NCBI GenBank assembly: GCA_032718475.1 | Contig: JAUCBJ010005860.1 | Span: forward strand, 1 to 52,741 | Direction of reading: 5' to 3' | DNA length: 52,741 bases | From: Nemertoderma westbladi | Lineage: Eukaryota > Animalia > Xenacoelomorpha | Shown: positions 50,862 through 52,741 of the stretch, piece by piece | Numbering within the stretch: position 1 is the stretch's first letter | Layout: every line of letters starts with the position of its first letter | Made by a program: the position numbers and the translations under genes | The notes under the pieces: model-generated | Database searches by the model: none | What the model saw: only the letters and a program-made list of their open reading frames with translations | Told to the model about the DNA's origin: nothing

Positions 50862-51052
50862 GGATGTAAACGCTACGTCGACAACCGACAACCGACACGA
50901 CAACGAAAACTGTCAAACTGATGCATGTGCTCATGACTCTCGTTTACTGTTTTGGTTAGAATAACCTTCCACTGTTACCTGTTCCTTTCCCTCAATTTAT
51001 GATTAACATTAATTAGAGATAAATGGTTGTTGGTTGTCGACGTAGCGTTGAC
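50862..51052. mobile_element. Degenerate MITE, same family as 34565-34786
   Basis: TGTAAACGCTACGTCGAC...GTCGACGTAGCGTT inverted ends; interior matches the reverse complement of the 34.6-kb copy. Confidence 0.7.
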
Positions 51053-51364
51053 TGTTAAATAATTGAATATATCAAAATTGACTACCTTCGCATTTCCATT
51101 CCACGCAATCCTACAATTCCTCAATAATATACCTACCATTCTCCGTCTCCAGTGTTATTATATGGAGACCTTTCATTAATAATAATAGTCATTTTAAGTA
51201 CCAATAAAACATTTGACTATAGGGGGCCATAAATACGCACTAAACACACCCTCGATCATAAATAAAGGAACAATTAATCCACATAGTTTCGGGGTTACTA
51301 CTCATCTAACAATCGTATAACGAGCGGGTATTACTTACACCGAGCCCCGGTCGCAAAACCGGCT

Positions 51365-51629
51365 GGCGCCGCGAAGTCTGGCCTCCACAATGTGTCCACT
51401 TCCGCGCCTACTCAGGGATGAATTGTCCGTTTGGTGTGAAAACTTGTTTGCGTGTATTCAATAGCAATTAGGTGAACGGGGCAATTGTTCGAATGCATTA
51501 AGTAGGTAGCGGCCCATTGGCGTGCCCTTAACTTGGCCCCGTGGAGTAATGAGGTAACCATTTACCCCGTAGTGAGCGAATCAATAGGTGTATTGTCGGT
51601 GTGAAGGGTCTATGGCGCCCGACAGTCTG
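51365..51629 (-). promoter_or_regulatory. Putative BMP-responsive enhancer module M4
   Basis: GGCGCC-N5-GTCTG at 51365-51380 and 51614-51629; GGTGTGA at 51433 and ~51598. Confidence 0.72.
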
Positions 51630-52226
51630 GCTCTGAAATCCGAGGCCCCGTTGCCCCCGTTCTGTTAGAGAATATCGCTCTCTTCGGGTCTAATTCATCG
51701 CAGGGCTACTCAGGCGCGTTAGGTTACAGCTTAGGTGTGCATATTTGCCCTTCTTATCAGCGTGGAAGTTGGCTTAAAGGTAATTTAACAATTCATACTT
51801 AACTGGAGTATCACAAAAGTTAAACAATAATCAAATCAATAGGTTAAGTAGTCCATTATCGGAAACATTAATCATGTAGAGAAATTAAAATATTTACAAC
51901 CAAAGCTAAGGAAATGGTAAATAATATTTTGGACACTGGGATTCGAATATCGGACAAAACGAGGGTCTGAATCTCTCTCTATGTAGGTATCTTAAACAGG
52001 CAGGGTCGGTGTATAGCTGTGCCGCCCATCTTGAACAAACCCCTAACCGTCACAAATCTGATCGCAGCCTATACTAAAATCCGAACCCTTTAATATGGCT
52101 TATCAATGTAAATTAGAAAATTCCACTGAATATAGAGTACCAGTATTTTTGGATTGATTTGAGAGCTTTAGAACCGATATTTTCGATAAAGTATGTCTAA
52201 GTGCACTTTATCTGCAATATTTATGT

Positions 52227-52724
52227 GAACTACAAAACAAAGACCAAACACCCAAATAATAAAGACCTGCATAATATTGTAACATGTGTTAAATTTCGTT
52301 TATTATTTTGGTTCCCCCAACACGCCTTTATAATCTGCTCCTTTACTAACCTGCTCCTTTATATGGCAATGGCACCTCACGCCCTTTGGGACCTATGCAA
52401 AACAGACCTAAAGTCGCGTCTTCAGCACCTAAGCGTCATTTGGTCACAAAGAGCCTGTAGGCCTCACAGAGCAGTAGGTCTCGAAGAGCATTAGGTCTCA
52501 AAGCGCATTACGCTCTCAAAGAGCGTTAGGTCTCAAAGAGCGTTAGGTCCCATTGCCATAGGGCGTTTGCTCCCATTGCCATTTAAAGGCAGCATGTTAG
52601 TAAAGGAGCAGGTTTACAGAGGCGTGTTTTGGGGTACCAAAACAATAAACGAAAGTTAACACATGTGTTTTGTACAGGTATTTAGTTTTTTGGGTCTTTG
52701 TCATTGTTTTTGTAGTCACCCCCA
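52227..52724. mobile_element. MITE with long (~150 bp) imperfect inverted arms
   Basis: 52227-52375 and 52570-52724 are reverse-complement related; a solo arm of the same family lies at ~24857-24995. Confidence 0.7.
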
Positions 52725-52741
52725 TTTATTATAAACTAAGG

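Overview
Eukaryotic (animal) genomic DNA with spliced genes; no prokaryotic features. From left to right: (1) the 3' part of a large Ki-67 (MKI67)-like gene on + (exons 28-3885, 15431-17107, 17409-17741 and 20750-20871 join in frame). Its 11.5-kb intron hosts an antisense intronless 1040-aa gene and a 3.6-kb foldback transposon. Its next two long introns each open with a tandem array built from the exon end plus the 5' splice site. (2) An intronless divergent actin. (3) An intronless ZDHHC23-like gene whose catalytic motif reads DHHS. (4) A three-exon Vent/Vox-type NKL homeobox gene (39148-40449). (5) Several transposon remnants and a 5.7-kb 27-bp minisatellite. The most striking unannotated signal is four homologous non-coding modules of about 190-270 bp (near 28.1, 36.4, 42.5 and 51.4 kb) arranged convergently around the Vent-like gene. 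Each has two exact GGCGCC-N5-GTCTG BMP/Smad response elements plus T-box-like and Sox-like sites at near-fixed spacing, which suggests a set of duplicated BMP-responsive shadow enhancers.
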